From contig OZ004614.1 of NCBI GenBank assembly GCA_963924565.1, forward strand, positions 7,998,001 through 8,062,000: a stretch of DNA of 64,000 nucleotides, written 5' to 3'. Shown here one piece after another: positions 11,901 through 25,717 of the stretch. The DNA comes from Ascidiella aspersa. Lineage: Eukaryota. Each line of letters starts with the position of its first letter. Within the stretch, counting starts at the first letter, position 1. Under the pieces are notes generated by a model, which ran no database searches, was not told where the DNA came from, and saw only the letters and a program-made list of their open reading frames with translations. The translations under genes and the position numbers were made by a program.

Positions 11901-14461
11901 TTTGTTGGTATGCTTCTATTACTTTAGGGTCCACAAAGGCTACAATACTCTGAAGCGGTTTGTTGTAAGCCAACCTAATTTGAATACATGAGTCTGCACC
12001 TGTAGTCTTTTTTAATTAAGTTTCAAATGATTTGTTTCTCGGAGAGACTGGTCTTAGGCGAGGGGTGCATGCAATGGGCTCCTGCATAAAGTTGCTTCTA
12101 CCAGCGGCTGAGAGTTAAAAAAATAGGAAACATTCCAATTTTAGGTGTTTTACTTATCAGGGATCAACAAAGCAGCAAGAAGAAAACTTACGCTACTTAA
12201 GAAGTCACAAAAAACAAATATTTCGCCATAATAGCACAATATCAAGCTTGATCAACGACTTAAATTTCTTCTAATTCTGTTAACTATTTGTGACCACAAG
12301 GTTAAGATATATGGGGATACCTCTACAATAGTTTCTACATAGAAACACAAGTTTATCCCGAAATTTTTTCTTTGATGCATTATAGGTGACAGATTTAGGG
12401 TAAACAAAAACAGTAGAAATGCACTGTCGATCAACTTTGCGCGCGAGAAAAAAAAACGCAAGCATTCCGAAACGGATGCTTTGAAAGCGTTTCGTTATTG
12501 TACGCAGGGCGTGTCGTGGACTTTCAGTTGTCGGGGGTTAGGGTTTGCTACATGGAAGGCATTGCTACTTGTTCAGTTGCTGTACGTGGTATACAAAAGG
12601 CAAGAATAATTACATTACAGGGCTCGATGACGTATGGGGCAGTGGCAATGTTCCTGCTAATAAATTCTCATACTGCGCAAATGTTTGTTTTTAACAAGCT
12701 TGAAGTCCTGACCATATTACAAACCTCGTCAACTAGTTGGACTAGGATAATATGTTATCAAAATACTAAAAAGTGTTCACATTTAATTCACATATAGCTC
12801 ATCCTCGTTTTGTGTAACACTTTGTCAGGCTTAATTGCTAAATATGGATATACATTGTTGCTGATTCGGCAAGTTTTTGAGAAGCAAAATTTGCTGCGCA
12901 AGCCGTGTTAAGGTGCTCTATACATTTGCGCAGTTTCACGCCTTAAAAGGAAAACACTAACAATGGTTTGGTGTTGCTGTGGAATTGCGTTGTTCAAAGG
13001 TAAAGCTTTGATACTACAAGTATATATGTTAATTTATTCATTAAACAGATATCCGGTTGACTTACGCGGGGTGTAGATTTTAAGCCTTCCTATACGCGAC
13101 CATGTCAGTTTTAGTCTGAACCCTACATGGTTACCTTTGAATATATAAAGTGTTATTACCGGTCATATTGTTACTTAAAAAACGCTCCTCTGGTTATTCT
13201 ATTTCATCTCCAACAATGAAGTCTCCTTCTGCAGGGCGAATGACGTCGAACGTTTTTTGTACAACTTATGGCGAAAAAAAATGAAAGAAAAAGCGCAAGT
13301 AACTGCACGATAAAAATACATCATCATCCCCCAAGAAGGAGACTTGAATAGGTTGCCGAAACATTGGAGAAAAAATATAATTACCAGAGTAGCTATTTTT
13401 CGATTAACTAACTCTAAACATTTACCCGGAGAGCTTAAAAAATATTACAAAATTTACGACCTCCCGCGAAAGTTTTCCAGTCGTGCCCTGGCTGCGCGTG
13501 TCAACGCAGGTCAAGCAAGCGTTCCGCGGATCGGTGGGCTGTTTGCTGTCCACTCGTGTCCAATGGTCAGAGCCCAGCGGTCAGCAGCTGTACCGACCAC
13601 CCGTAACGCCCTGTATAAACACGCCCGTCCGTCAGAAGCTCCGGCAGTAAAGAGAGCGTTTTTTTTTCGGTACAGTTTCGCGCCAAGGACGAACGCGAAT
13701 TTATCTGGTGAAGACACGGCGGATTTGCGCTTTTTTGTCAAAATAAACAAGACTTTTTGTTTTTCGCCAAAAGCGTCGCGTAAAAATATGCGACGATGTT
13801 ATCCGAGATATCTGTTCAACATTTATGGTGGAAATGTGGAGCAACAATAGGGTTTTAATGTACATAGTTGCGCACTGTTCTATTAAATAATAAAATTTCC
13901 TCAACTCAGGAACACAACTTCAGTTTAGGAGTGTCAATTGCAAAACATTACGCGACCCTTTTTTTAATTACAGTGTGTTTTAAGGGAATCAATTCGTGTT
14001 TTTTCGCCGTAACCCAAACAGCATGGTTTGTGTGAAGAAATAAAGAAACAAACCCCCAAAATATAGCGAGGCAAAAACGCTTAACTGAAATTAGGTGGAA
14101 AGAAGCAGGTATGCCGCGAAACGTAACTTTCAAAGTCGTTAAATCGGCCCGTAAACGCTCCTGTGGCCCGTAAAATCGCGATTGGCCCTTCCGGAATCCC
14201 GAATCGACGCTTGGTCGTCGCCCCAGCGCCGGAGTCATAAAGTTTCCTTTTGATCGCGCGGCTTGACGTAAACATCGAACTTTTGGGATTTGTCGCTTTC
14301 TCGCTGACTGCCGACTGCCTTGGCGTTTGGTCCGCGACTTGAAGGACAGAGTTTAATTTCTCTTAACATTTTATTCTGCGACCCCAATTTTAATGGAGTA
14401 ATATTAACAGAAGATTAACAGTGATCGAAAGACGATTTCTAGTAATGTGTATTACATAAGG

Positions 14462-14771
14462 CAAATCTGAGCAAACTACGGCCTGCGGGTCGTGTCCGGC
14501 CGCTATATGCAAATTTGTCCGGCTCTCGGCTTATTTTTCATACAACTATAAGGTTGAAATAACCCTTTACGCTTATTCTTTATTTTAGAATGTTTGATGA
14601 ATACATTACACCTGTAAGACAGTATCACTTTTTTTAAACTCTAACCATCTTGTCAAAACAAGAAACAAACTTTGTATAATGTGCTTGATGCAGATCTCAT
14701 TTTTGCCCCGGATCTTTAAGAATTTTTATTATTCTCATGCGCCCTCTGTCATAAGCAACTGCCCAATCCTA
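14462..14771. mobile_element. Degenerate hAT MITE, GCGGCC-rich family
   Basis: gcaaactacggcctgcgggtcg...ccggccgc start and gccc...actgccca end resemble the intact copy at 60060-60259. Confidence 0.5.
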
Positions 14772-17700
14772 CCATTAAGGTTTGGTTTCGATGAGGTTGA
14801 TCATTTGCGTATGAAAGCACAAAAAATGTAGAAGTTTAAAATGAACGTGGTCCTATTCAAGACATTCGGCCTAAACTCGTTTTCCCTCGAAAAAACTCTC
14901 CCGAACATCTTCCACAGGAAAGTTTTTTTTTTACGACTTCGTAGCAAGAAAATACAGTATAGACGAATTGTGGGGTCTATAGCAAGGGTTTTGTTAAATC
15001 TTGCCTTTAAATAGTCGGTTTTGCAAATAATGTAGAGTGCGGACAAAAACGCTTAATATTCTAAGCGGTCGTTTGTGGAAAACATCGTTTGGGTAAACAC
15101 AACGAAATATATTACCCAAACTAAAAACATAAACGAAGATAGCAGCTCTACTTACTCGACTGGTTTTAAAATGTTTGTACGTCATCAATTATTATTATAC
15201 GATATTTTGTCAAACCTAGTCTCTGGACCAAAAACACTTTTGTATATTTTGCGGATTTTTTTTATACTTTTCAGGTGATGCTCAAGTTTGTTACAAAGTT
15301 GCGTATTGTGAATAAACATAGCATTTATAGAAGCTAAATTGGACACAACGAAGTATTAAAGAGCTCTAGAAGTACAGGGAAAAATACAGGGAAATTCCAT
15401 GTGTTAAAAAATGCGCTGTTTTTTTGGTCGGTGTCGACGTGGCCCGAATCTCTACCAACAAGGTCATTAACTTACCCAGGTAAAGCGCTTAATCCATAAT
15501 TATCACGAAAATTTAAAGCGGCTTTTGACGCTGAGTTATAAGCTCAAACTGTCTTAAATTTGTTTTCCCATGCTTATGGGCAGGGATTTTGCTCGGTCAG
15601 TTCCAAATTCTGATCCATCTTCATTACAGCAATCCGTAGCCGCATCGGATATTGAATTCGTCCTGTCCGTAAATCCAAATATCGACAATGGCTCTTGGCC
15701 CTGTTAAGGAAACCGTCTCCAAAGCGAGATTTCCACCCGGATAATGGCAACTGCCTTTGCCTGCGAGAATATGAGTCACAACTTGACGCTCTGCGCTGTT
15801 TACGAATGCGGTCTTCTTTGCGTCGTTTTTCTCGGATTATCCATGATTCGGTTTTAAGGTAAAAACACGCGGTGAGCTGTCGGTTATGACTCGATCAGCA
15901 GCAGCGCTTTGATGCCCGCCTTGAAAGCGCTTGTTCTAATGTAGAATGCCGCACTCGCATTTTGCATGGCCAGTCGGGTTTCCGTTTTGAACTTATGCCA
16001 GTGCTTCGGAATTCGCGACAGTTTTTCTTTCTTTCGGGCTGCGTTTTGGTTCCGATGCGACGGGATTAAGGAATATGAAAACGATGAAAGATGCGTCATC
16101 ATTTGAGTGAAAATAACAAAGATTAGGGAATTTACGAGAGACTGTATGTTTTTTGGGGGTTGCTTTTTCGATTGAAGTAACCTTGTTTGCTGATGTAATG
16201 TTTCGTGTAGTATAAACAATGACTTATTTGGCTGAGTAAATAACAATGAAATATTTTTGTTTATGTATAGTAAAAAACAATTGTTGTAAAACAAAATAAA
16301 ATTTAAAAACTATCAGCTTTAATCGATATAATTGCATAGAAAAATTAACACATTTTTTAACTAAGATTTTTAATTAAAAACAGGTTTTGTAGCGCTCCTA
16401 AAGTAAAAAAAAACAATCAAATTTGTCATCGCCAATCTATATACAATTAAAAATACAGCAACTAAATTCCATTTCGAAGCATAATGATGGCTTTAGTTAG
16501 ACGTAGTCGAAATATCAAAGCCCATGTTGAAGTAAGTTGCATTTGGAATGTTTCAAATATCTCTTTAATTATTTTTAAAAACAAATTCCATTTCATTTGA
16601 AGGAAGAGTGACGGCTGCCAAGTTTACCCGACCGTGTAACGTAACAGGCCGTATTTTTCGATAATTCCAAACGGCCGCTTGTAATTTGCGTGGGAAAGGT
16701 GTTTCTTCTCGCGAAAAGAGATCACACGAAGCAAATTCGGGCGGGATATTTTCTTCTGCGTAGTCCAGGGAACGCCGGCGAATCTCTAGCGCTAAATGGT
16801 GCGTTGAACAAGTGGACAGAAACCGCAACTGTCACCAGGCCACTCAAAAATACGATCACCGGTATTGTTTCGCTGTACAGAGGAAGGCGGGTGTTACATT
16901 TTGGCGCTCGTGGACTATTTGTCCTGCGCTTCGATAACATTTTAGCATCAAAATCTCACGTTTTTGTCACATAAAAAAATTGTTCAGAATGTTAATCACG
17001 GATCTGTAATGTAGCTTGATAACGAATGCCAAACCCAAGAGGTCAATCGACATCACATTGATGAATACGTTTCGATTCGCACTTGTATCACCTTCAGTTA
17101 ATGTGACTAAAATATATCAAAACCTCACTTATTAAAGGTGGAACGTAATTCTAATCATTCTGATTATCTAATCATTGAGGCCTTTAGGGCATTAATTCAC
17201 ACCTTTAGCCTTAAGGTGTTGAACAGGTACAGCGGTGTTGATACAGTGTCATATAATTGGGTAAATCTTAGTACACAACCTATAGTTTATTCTAATGTTG
17301 CGCCATATCTTGGTCACTGCTATAACGGCCTGTCCCTGACCGGATGTCGCACTCAAGTTGAACATAAGTATTTATTAGCATGAAAATGGCCGTGTGGCGC
17401 GAACGCCAACACTAAGCGCAATCCACAGCGCAGCGGCTAGCGCGTACGCTAGCTCGCTTGCTCCTAAAAACATACAGTGTACCACGCCACGCTCAAAACT
17501 AGACTGCCGGGGTTCCCTGGTCTTAGCCACTTCTGAAACTGAGAAATTGCCCTTTTAGCAATAAAACTAGTGGTAATAAGTGAAAAAAAGTAGGAAGGCA
17601 ACAGAACAAACCAAGTGAGGTGAAGTGAATTAACCAAAACAACAAAAGGTAGATAAAGCGAACGAAAAAGATAATTTGGTGTTACACTAATACAACACTT

Positions 17701-20700
17701 TAAAATCGGCGGGGCCTATACGGTTAAACCACACTCTTACCAAAATAACAAAGCAATAACCGCAGGTATTCGCCGCACGACGGGCCACACATTTCTAGGC
17801 GCCTATGGCGTTTTTGTCCTGTTCAATATTTACGTAAAACTTGTACAGCCATGTTTTTTTTACTCAAATATGTGTTTCGTAATACATATAGAAAAAAAAC
17901 AGGGTTACTTATATTATTGTTGAGTTTTTATGTGTGTTTTTTTTCAACTAACTGGGATTTAGAATTTTTTTGTTGGTAACTCGGGTTAATTTTAGGAAAA
18001 CGGGTTAAGCATCTGAGCACATTTTCACGTCAATTTACAAGGAGACTCAACAATGATATGTATTTGGAAATTTACCTACAACTGCAGTAGCCTCAAAATT
18101 AACCATTGATTTTAAAATTCCATAAACGCAGCACGAATAACTTCCCAACGTCCATGTTGTTCGTTCCCACAGCGCAGCGACGCTGATGACTACTATAAGT
18201 TGGAGAGAATTTGCGCTTAAAGCCGCGAACCAATTATCGCATTTACTTGAGAACGCAATGAGCGACCAATCGCCCAAGTCCTTACAAGGCCAGAGAGCCT
18301 TCGCACAACGCTGATTGCCAATGTCACACGTCTCAATGAGGACCAATGCCGAAAAAACGCTTTGTAAGTCAATTAGCGTCGACTGTTTGACCGTTTTGTC
18401 AGCGAGCTTTCGCAATAAAGGCGTGAAGTATCCTTTGTCGAAAGAATGTGAGAAAGTTTTTTTTCGAAGTTAAACTTAGCCGAGTGTGAGCGGCGCGCTG
18501 TAATAAATTAAGCGCTAGAGGAATTTGCTACTGGCTGTGTTAATTGCAGTTGATGGTCAAAGGAGTGTTTCATCCGTGGTCTGTTCCCACGGATGTTTTT
18601 GAACGAAAACGATGAGAACGGTGGAAAATGTGTCTCAAAGTGGTAAGCTGTGATACAGATTTTAGGAATTTGTTATTTTTTAAACACACGTGTAATTAAA
18701 ACTAAATTGCATGAAAATTTTGTTCACAAAATACTACCTTAGATACTTTGTTACATGAATTTTGTCATTTATTCCACGTCTAAAATCAATTAATCGACAC
18801 TTACGAGATTATATCGCATTTTACAAAAAAAAACTCAAAACCTAAACAAAATAAACGGACAGTTTTTTTCTGCAATCGCTTTCTTTTCATCCATTTGCAC
18901 TTTTAACCTGTATTTTCCACCCCTATAACCACATCACGGGATTCCGTTTCGTACATATTTCACACACATTTTCAACCCTTTAAATCTTGCACAGCCTGGT
19001 TTTCAGGTCGATCGTCAAAATGCGCCATTTTCAACAAATCACTCAGCACTTGAAATAACCGCAATCCCAGCGTTTGTGACAGGAGCTTCGAACTCCCTAA
19101 ACGGCCGATTCCCAGATTGGGGTTCTTCCCACGGAGAGAAGTCAATCGCTTCATTGTGTGGCGCCCTCCGTCCCAACCCGAGCCTTCGATAAGGCGACGG
19201 CAATTTCAAGTTCTCTTTTGGAAGTTGGACTGTTTGTCGATTGACAGCAGCGCTTATCGCTCGCGGTTCACGGCTTTCCAGTCTAATCGCTGCTCGAGAT
19301 AGCTTTCCGGTAGCCTCCTATGTACTTGACTCGGATGTGTACTGGAAACGGGAGCTCGTTCAGTGCAACAAAGGCGGTAGTGATTAGAGTCGGTAGGTGT
19401 TCGGTTTGGCGCGGTTAGGACTCTGTTTGTCACACAATGTTCGCGCGTAAGCGTCGGCTTGCGGTGTCATTACCGGTATCTATGAGAGTCGACTTTGAAC
19501 TGTTTTTCCAGACCCTCGCATATAACAGCCAAGTAAATGGGGCTTATGATAATTTAGAACAGTGGTTTCCAACATTTTTTTAAGGGAGCCCAATATTTTG
19601 GTTAATATCAAACATAAATCAAGCCAGTTGTAAAAGTTGTTGTTTTTCTGTTATTTTTAAAAGTTAAAATAACACGTCTATATGTTGAGAGTATTATTTG
19701 TCATTTTAAGGCATTGGTTCGAATAGCGAGCCACCTGGTAAGAACTAATGTGCAGACCGAGGACAACGTTTACCTTATTTTGCGGCAGTGCTTGGTTTAT
19801 GGAGTATTGTTAAGAAAGTAGTACGTTGAGGTATTTACTATTCGCATTTAAAAACAATGCCGAAAAAAAATCATCCCGAAAAAACGACGTAAACCTCTTC
19901 TAACAAACCATTCTCATCATTATTTACCTGAGTTAACTTGTGGTACTTCATGCGCCAGCAGCTGTCCAATACAACTTACCACACTCCTAAAGAGGCTTTT
20001 CCAATCAAAAACTTGAACATTCGTTTCAAATACAAAATTCGAAATGAAAACACACGTGGCGCTAGAGGGCCATACATAAGCAATCGACGTCCTTGCAGAG
20101 AAATCTCGTGCTTTTCACACGAGGTTGGTTTTAGGGCTAGTAAATGTCACCTGTCAGCGATTGCATCGTTATACCAAACTTTGATAGTTTAATCATAACT
20201 TGTGCTGACAAAAAAACACTTAATGATCTGTTGTTTTTTATTCACCTAAAAATATGTGGTGCGTAAATTGACGACTTCTCTTAACGTTTTAATAATGCTT
20301 GACCAAACGAGTGTGTTTTACAAGGTTCCAGAAATCTTAAGAGTTTCGTTCGATTCGTGGCGCCGTTTGTACGCGATGAGCGGACCCGAGGCTAATAGGC
20401 TTGTTGTTGCAGTAAATATTTGCTCTGGCAAGAGCGAATGCCCCTTCGACTGCTCTTCTCAAAATACGACGTCCGTGTTACGCACCGCTGCTGTATTGTA
20501 TGTCTTGCTTGGCAATCAACTGTTCGACAAATGCAATTCAACGTTGGAGAGATTATGAAAGTTACCACCGTTTCCATTTTCCCCAAAACAAACGGGTTTG
20601 TTTTGTGTTCTACATCTAACCACAAAACAATCCTAAAGATGATGTCAATAATGCCCATTGTTTTATTGGAACCTTAAAACAATAGGTAACATTTATACTT

Positions 20701-22087
20701 CCCTATTGACATATTTTTAACGTTGGTGAATCTCCAATTTTGGTTTAAAAACTATTTGGGTGCTTATTAATATGCAATAGAATTTTTAAAAATGATGCGT
20801 TTACTTAAATTACATAAGAGAAATATGAGGTTCTGCAGTGAAAATATCCCGCAGTTGCCTTAAGCTTATTCGAATGGTGAGTTGAAAGCAGAACTCACTG
20901 TTTATTTAGCTTTTTTTGTTCGTCAAGATCGCCTATTTACCCGTGGCTTATTTAAGGCAGACTACAAAAGAATCGGATTGCAAAAATGTGGAGAAAAATA
21001 ATTAAATTGGCCGTTTATAGATGATAACATAAAAATTCCTCTTTATCAACGAAGGAAACCTTGCAGATTGCAAAGCTGTCAGGCGTATAGGCAATCTTGG
21101 CGAACAAGTACAATGATGGATCCTTGCGATAAAATAGAGTTCCATCTGCACCGACACAAAGAACAGAAAAATAAAAGCTATCGCGTGCGGAGCCCAAAAC
21201 GCGGCCCGGCACCGAATAATTACGGATCGGGGGACAACATACCGGTGAGCTGACTCAAGTTCGAGGAAGAATGGCGGAGTCCGCTCAGACCGACATATTC
21301 CGCTTTTTAGCGGTAGCTGTGCTAAAGGCGAGCGAGGAAAGCGCCAGCGTCAAACGAGACGTAAACAGGGCGCTTAAGCCTCATCGGCTGAAATGACTTC
21401 TCTCGGTGGCGGCGAGAATGTAAAGCCGACATACACTACATACAGTATACAGATAGAGAAAAAAGAGAGAGAGGGTAGGTAGGCTGGATGTCGGGCGGCT
21501 AGCAATCGCCCAAAGAACCGGGAAAGAACGTCCGGGCGGAAAGAAGGGGACAGCGCGAGCCAGGGTCGAATAAATGCTGATGTCGTGGCGCAAAAGCGTC
21601 GAGATGCCGGCCTGGATTGAGCCGGGTAGGACAATACCTAGGGCACGGCGGGCGCGTTGTAAAACGTGAAACACCGCAGCCAAATCGCTCGTGCTTCCAG
21701 CGCCCACGCTTAGGTGTTGTTCCGCGGCGCTTTTACGAGCTTGTGCGTCGTTTCGCCTGGCCTCTGTGTACATTGCTGGTTGCGGCAGGCTACAGTCAGT
21801 CAGTCGATTGGGGTTAGGGTGAGAGTAGCGGAATTGAGGGCAGTTGTTGTGCGCTGCTGCTGATGTTGCTTGTTGCAGGTTGTGAGATTGTGGTGGTTAG
21901 AAGCGCCAGGCTCGGTTTTGAGTTGAAAGGATTTTTTTCCTGGGGCGTAAACTGGAAAGGCGCGGTCGCAGAAATCGTGATGCGAAACAGACTTAAACCC
22001 GCGCGGCGTAGTAGGGGCTGGGTTATAGTAGCGCTCTATTTCTGTCTCGTTCCCGGATTTAATTTTTATTAGTCTGCTGTCGATGCA

Positions 22088-22503
22088 GGTTTATATAAGA
22101 CTGAACGAAACAGGAAAATCGCGTTGCAACTAAATCAGCACGATAAGAAAGCAATGCAAAGCTAAACGAAAGCCCAAGTACAGAGTATAGCGCGATTTTC
22201 AAAAGCAAATACCTAAAGGTAACAAGCATTGGATTATGATCGCGTTTTTTCAGCAATCTCGGATCGCACTTTTGTCGCTTATCTGGCGAAGAGGGAACGG
22301 GCATTAGCACTAGAGCGGGGGCGCTTAATTAGCCGCAATGGGTCGGGCAATAAAAGGCCCGGCTCTCAGTTGACAATAGCAGGCGAGTTTGTTTGTTGAC
22401 CCACTTTGCCGCCGGCAGCGCTTTTCGACCGAGGAGATGCGCTGGCTTCGAATGGTAGGAAGTGCGTTGATTTGCTGCGGCGAAGTGGCCTTTTATATAA
22501 GAT
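22088..22503. promoter_or_regulatory. Candidate core-promoter region with two TTTATATAAGA motifs in a CpG-rich block
   Basis: Motifs at ~22090-22100 and ~22492-22502 within the longest GC/CpG-rich stretch (~21300-23400), 1.2-1.6 kb upstream of the first coding exon. Confidence 0.3.
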
Positions 22504-23840
22504 CCACGCTTGTAGTATAGTTGTCTTTGCTGCCGCTGCGGCGTTCCGGGCTAATTTTTAGGTGTACTTAACCTCCGCGGCGCGCGCTCTTTTTTACGGC
22601 GTTTCGCTTAAATTCTGTTTTCCGGCATCTGTATTCTGTTCAGCTTCGGCTACGCTTGCCTTTTTGATTGACAGCGGCGACATGCAGTCGCGAGCAGTTG
22701 AAGGCGGTGCTTTGTTTTCGGTCTGATTTTGCAAGCAGTGCAAACTTTCTTGGTACGTTGGTTGACTATAAAAAACGGACAGGATTTCGCTGCATTCAAT
22801 TTGCAATTTAAACAGGCGCACCTGTCCAAAATGCAACAGCGGTTAGTTTACGGTTGCGCCTGTCAGAGAGACTTTTTGAAGTCTTTGCAACTCTGTCGGT
22901 TTTAGCTACGCTGGCCTACCGCATTTACAGTTCCTGGCAGAAAGCGGCCTTTTCCGTCGGCGGCCAAAATCGCGCGACCTTGAGCGGATTAAGAGCCGCA
23001 AAGCGACGGAAAATCGCCGGCGGGGAATCGCAGGCAGTTACTGGCGGAAAGCAAGCAAGTCCAAAAACTTAATTCCCACGACGACGTATAGGTGTTGCAG
23101 CAGCAGCAGCAGCTCTCAGGGCGGGCTTTTTTCGGCCTGCAAGTCCCACGGCTCTGCCAACAGGATGCGACGGCACTTGACTGTGCGCGCTCGCCATTCC
23201 CGCTTCGGCTTGTGACTTTTCGAGAGCCGGGCCAGCGCGTTTTTGTGGTTCTGCCAGCATTCCGCCAAATGGTATACGGCGTTTGAAAGCCCGCTTGGCT
23301 TGCTTGCGCCCGGTTTTACAAAACTGATGCATTTGTGACGAATAACAATGTGTTGCCGTGTATGGGAACAGCCTCTCCTCCCGTAGCGGCTATCTTCGCT
23401 ACGCATTTATTTCATCACTCGTATAACACTAAGAATTCGTCGCTATCTCCGCAAGCTCTTGAACGTGATAGGTTAGGGATAGAGATTTTAAACTATGACG
23501 AAAATACTTATTTTAAGCCCAAAATTATTATGAAATTGAAAGCATTGCGCAAGCTTAAAAAGCACTGCGTCCGAATTTTTTCAAGCGACTTTTAGAGTAC
23601 TTTTTTTTTCACGAAATATGATGCGATTTAGTGTTAAGTGCTTTGAGTGTTACAAGGAACATATTATGACTTTTCGTATTTCTTTCCAGGGAGACGGCTT
23701 GAGTTCCGCGGTGTTCTTGCCACAGACACACGAGAAGCACGCCTGTATAGAGTTAATCAGCTAAAAAAAAACCAAAAAACATCGACCGTTCTTCAGACCG
23801 TCAAGCATCGAGCGAAACGACAAGTTCCAAAGCAGACGCA

Positions 23841-24593
23841 ATGAGCAGCCCGACTGCGCGACTCGTCTTGGCCGGAATCGCGTGCTTGTTTCTCGGCAGA
23901 ATCGACGCCCAGCACCCACCCAGTCTCAACCCGCCGCCCGGCATTGTCGAGCAAGTGAACACAGTACGAGTTCCCTACGGCCGATCGGTGTACATCAACC
24001 CTAAGACCGACCTGACCATCAACGTGGCCAAGGGCGACCACTGTTTCGTTACAGTGCTACCGGACGCTCTTAGCCAGCGTCCAGGCCACATCAGCCCCGT
24101 TCGCTTCCCGTGCGATTTCGGACCGGAAGAGGTCAAGTACTCGCACCTTGGAGCAAGGAGCCCTAGTGAAGACCACATTCGCCTTCAGATCCGCTACGAC
24201 ACCGAAGATGAGACCTACATCATCCCGATTCGCCTCACAGTCGAAGTACTCTTCATCCAGCGCACCGTCATCACCAAATCGCTTTTCCTAACCGTTGGCG
24301 AGCTCAGGGGCGTCTCGGAGCCGATAGACGATGAAATCCTTGGCTTCACCTACGACCGCGCCACACAGCAATGCCAAGTTGCGACGCTTTCTGGCTCTGC
24401 TGGCCTGCCGATGTACGGTCAGCTGATCAACGACCCTTCCCAAGGGAGCACACTGCCCTGTGAGGACTTCCTAACGTCCGGCGTACGCTACCAGCACACA
24501 GCTGTCACGGTCTCGCCCAATCGCGACCACATTCCCATGGTCGTCGAGCTGCTCGACTCGGAAGGCAACCTGGTCAAGCAGGAGTACTTTCAG
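23841..24593 (+). CDS. FREM2: FREM2-like coding exon 1: signal peptide + NV domain (251 codons)
   Basis: ATG at 23841, hydrophobic leader MSSPTARLVLAGIACLFLGRIDA, ends ...KQEYFQ at CAG|GTTCGG, phase 0. Acceptor tttctttccAG at 23688-23689 gives an ATG-free 151-nt 5' UTR portion. Confidence 0.93.
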
Positions 24594-25276
24594 GTTCGGT
24601 TTGCGAAACGCTTAGCAGTATTTTGGCGTTTTTTGAAGCCACAAGCTTGACAGCTCGACCCCTAACATGCAAACGAATTTTTCGAAATTTGGATAATTTT
24701 GCAATGCTTCATGTTACTCCAGTCAGAATACTTTGTTCTAGACTATATAGATATAGAGGACACTTGTTCACTATTTTACTAGATTTTTGTTATTTAAACC
24801 ATTTCTATTGAAATCCTTTAAATCGCCAAATAAATAGGTAGTTTACTTTGCCAATACGCCGCCACAATTACTTATTTTTATAAAAAGATATCTCTTATTA
24901 TGGTTTGAAATAGTTGGTGTTCTTGCGGGACCCTTAAACAAAATAACACACAAAACATGGTTTTAAAATGCGCCCTACAAGTTCGTTGTCCATGTGGTTG
25001 TAAAAAAAGTTGAGGCAAGAACATCGCGTTATCCATTCAAACTAATCTATAGAAACATCTCTTTGGCTTAGGAGTGTAGGGTAAAAACTTGGACCTTGCA
25101 AACTGCAGTTATGGACGCGCAACAAAACCGCAAATTCGCTGTCCTGTTTTCGATTTTAAACAGCAAAAATAAGTACATAGCCTTAAGACCAACCGACAAA
25201 CAGCACGAGAAAACATACCTTACAAGTCTAACTTGAACGCGCGCACAAAAAGGCAAACAACCTCTTTTCCGCACAG

Positions 25277-25717
25277 GTGGCTGTCAAGATCGTGAACGGT
25301 AAAGAGAACACTCCGCCCCAGCTTGACTTCACGTCGACCGCTGTCATGGAGGTTGACCAGTTCGTGATGACCGCTTTCACCCCCGAGATGCTGAGAGCGT
25401 CCGACGTCGAGTCAAACCCGGCCGATCTCATCTTCAACATCACCGAGCCTCTTCCGTTCCAGCAGGGCGAGATTGTCAGCACAGATGACCGCGATGTTCC
25501 CATTTCCAGCTTTCGTCAGAGCGAATTGGACGAGTTCAGGATCGCCTACAAGCCTCCAAGTGTCGACGCTGATCTTCAGCGCATCTTCCAGCTTCAAATG
25601 CAGATCGTGGATACGGAGGGACTCGTGTCCGATCCCTTCAGCTTCCTCATCGTGGTGAAACCGATGAACACCATGGCACCGGTCGTGACGCGCAATACAG
25701 GGCAGCTTCTTTATCAG
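25277..25717 (+). CDS. FREM2: FREM2-like coding exon 2 (first CSPG repeat)
   Basis: cttttccgcacAG|GTG...CAG|GTGAGT; VAVKIVNGKENTPP...TRNTGQLLYQ; 441 nt, phase 0/0. Confidence 0.93.

Noticed and set aside
13344-13850. 168-aa ORF upstream of the gene
   Set aside because: Non-ATG start, no homology recognised, no convincing splice boundaries.
8680-22570. Series of pyrimidine-AG|GT sites (~8693, 11039, 15274, 22561) as ratchet points of a long 5' intron
   Set aside because: Equivalent words occur on the minus strand and inside MITEs, as expected by chance in T-rich DNA.
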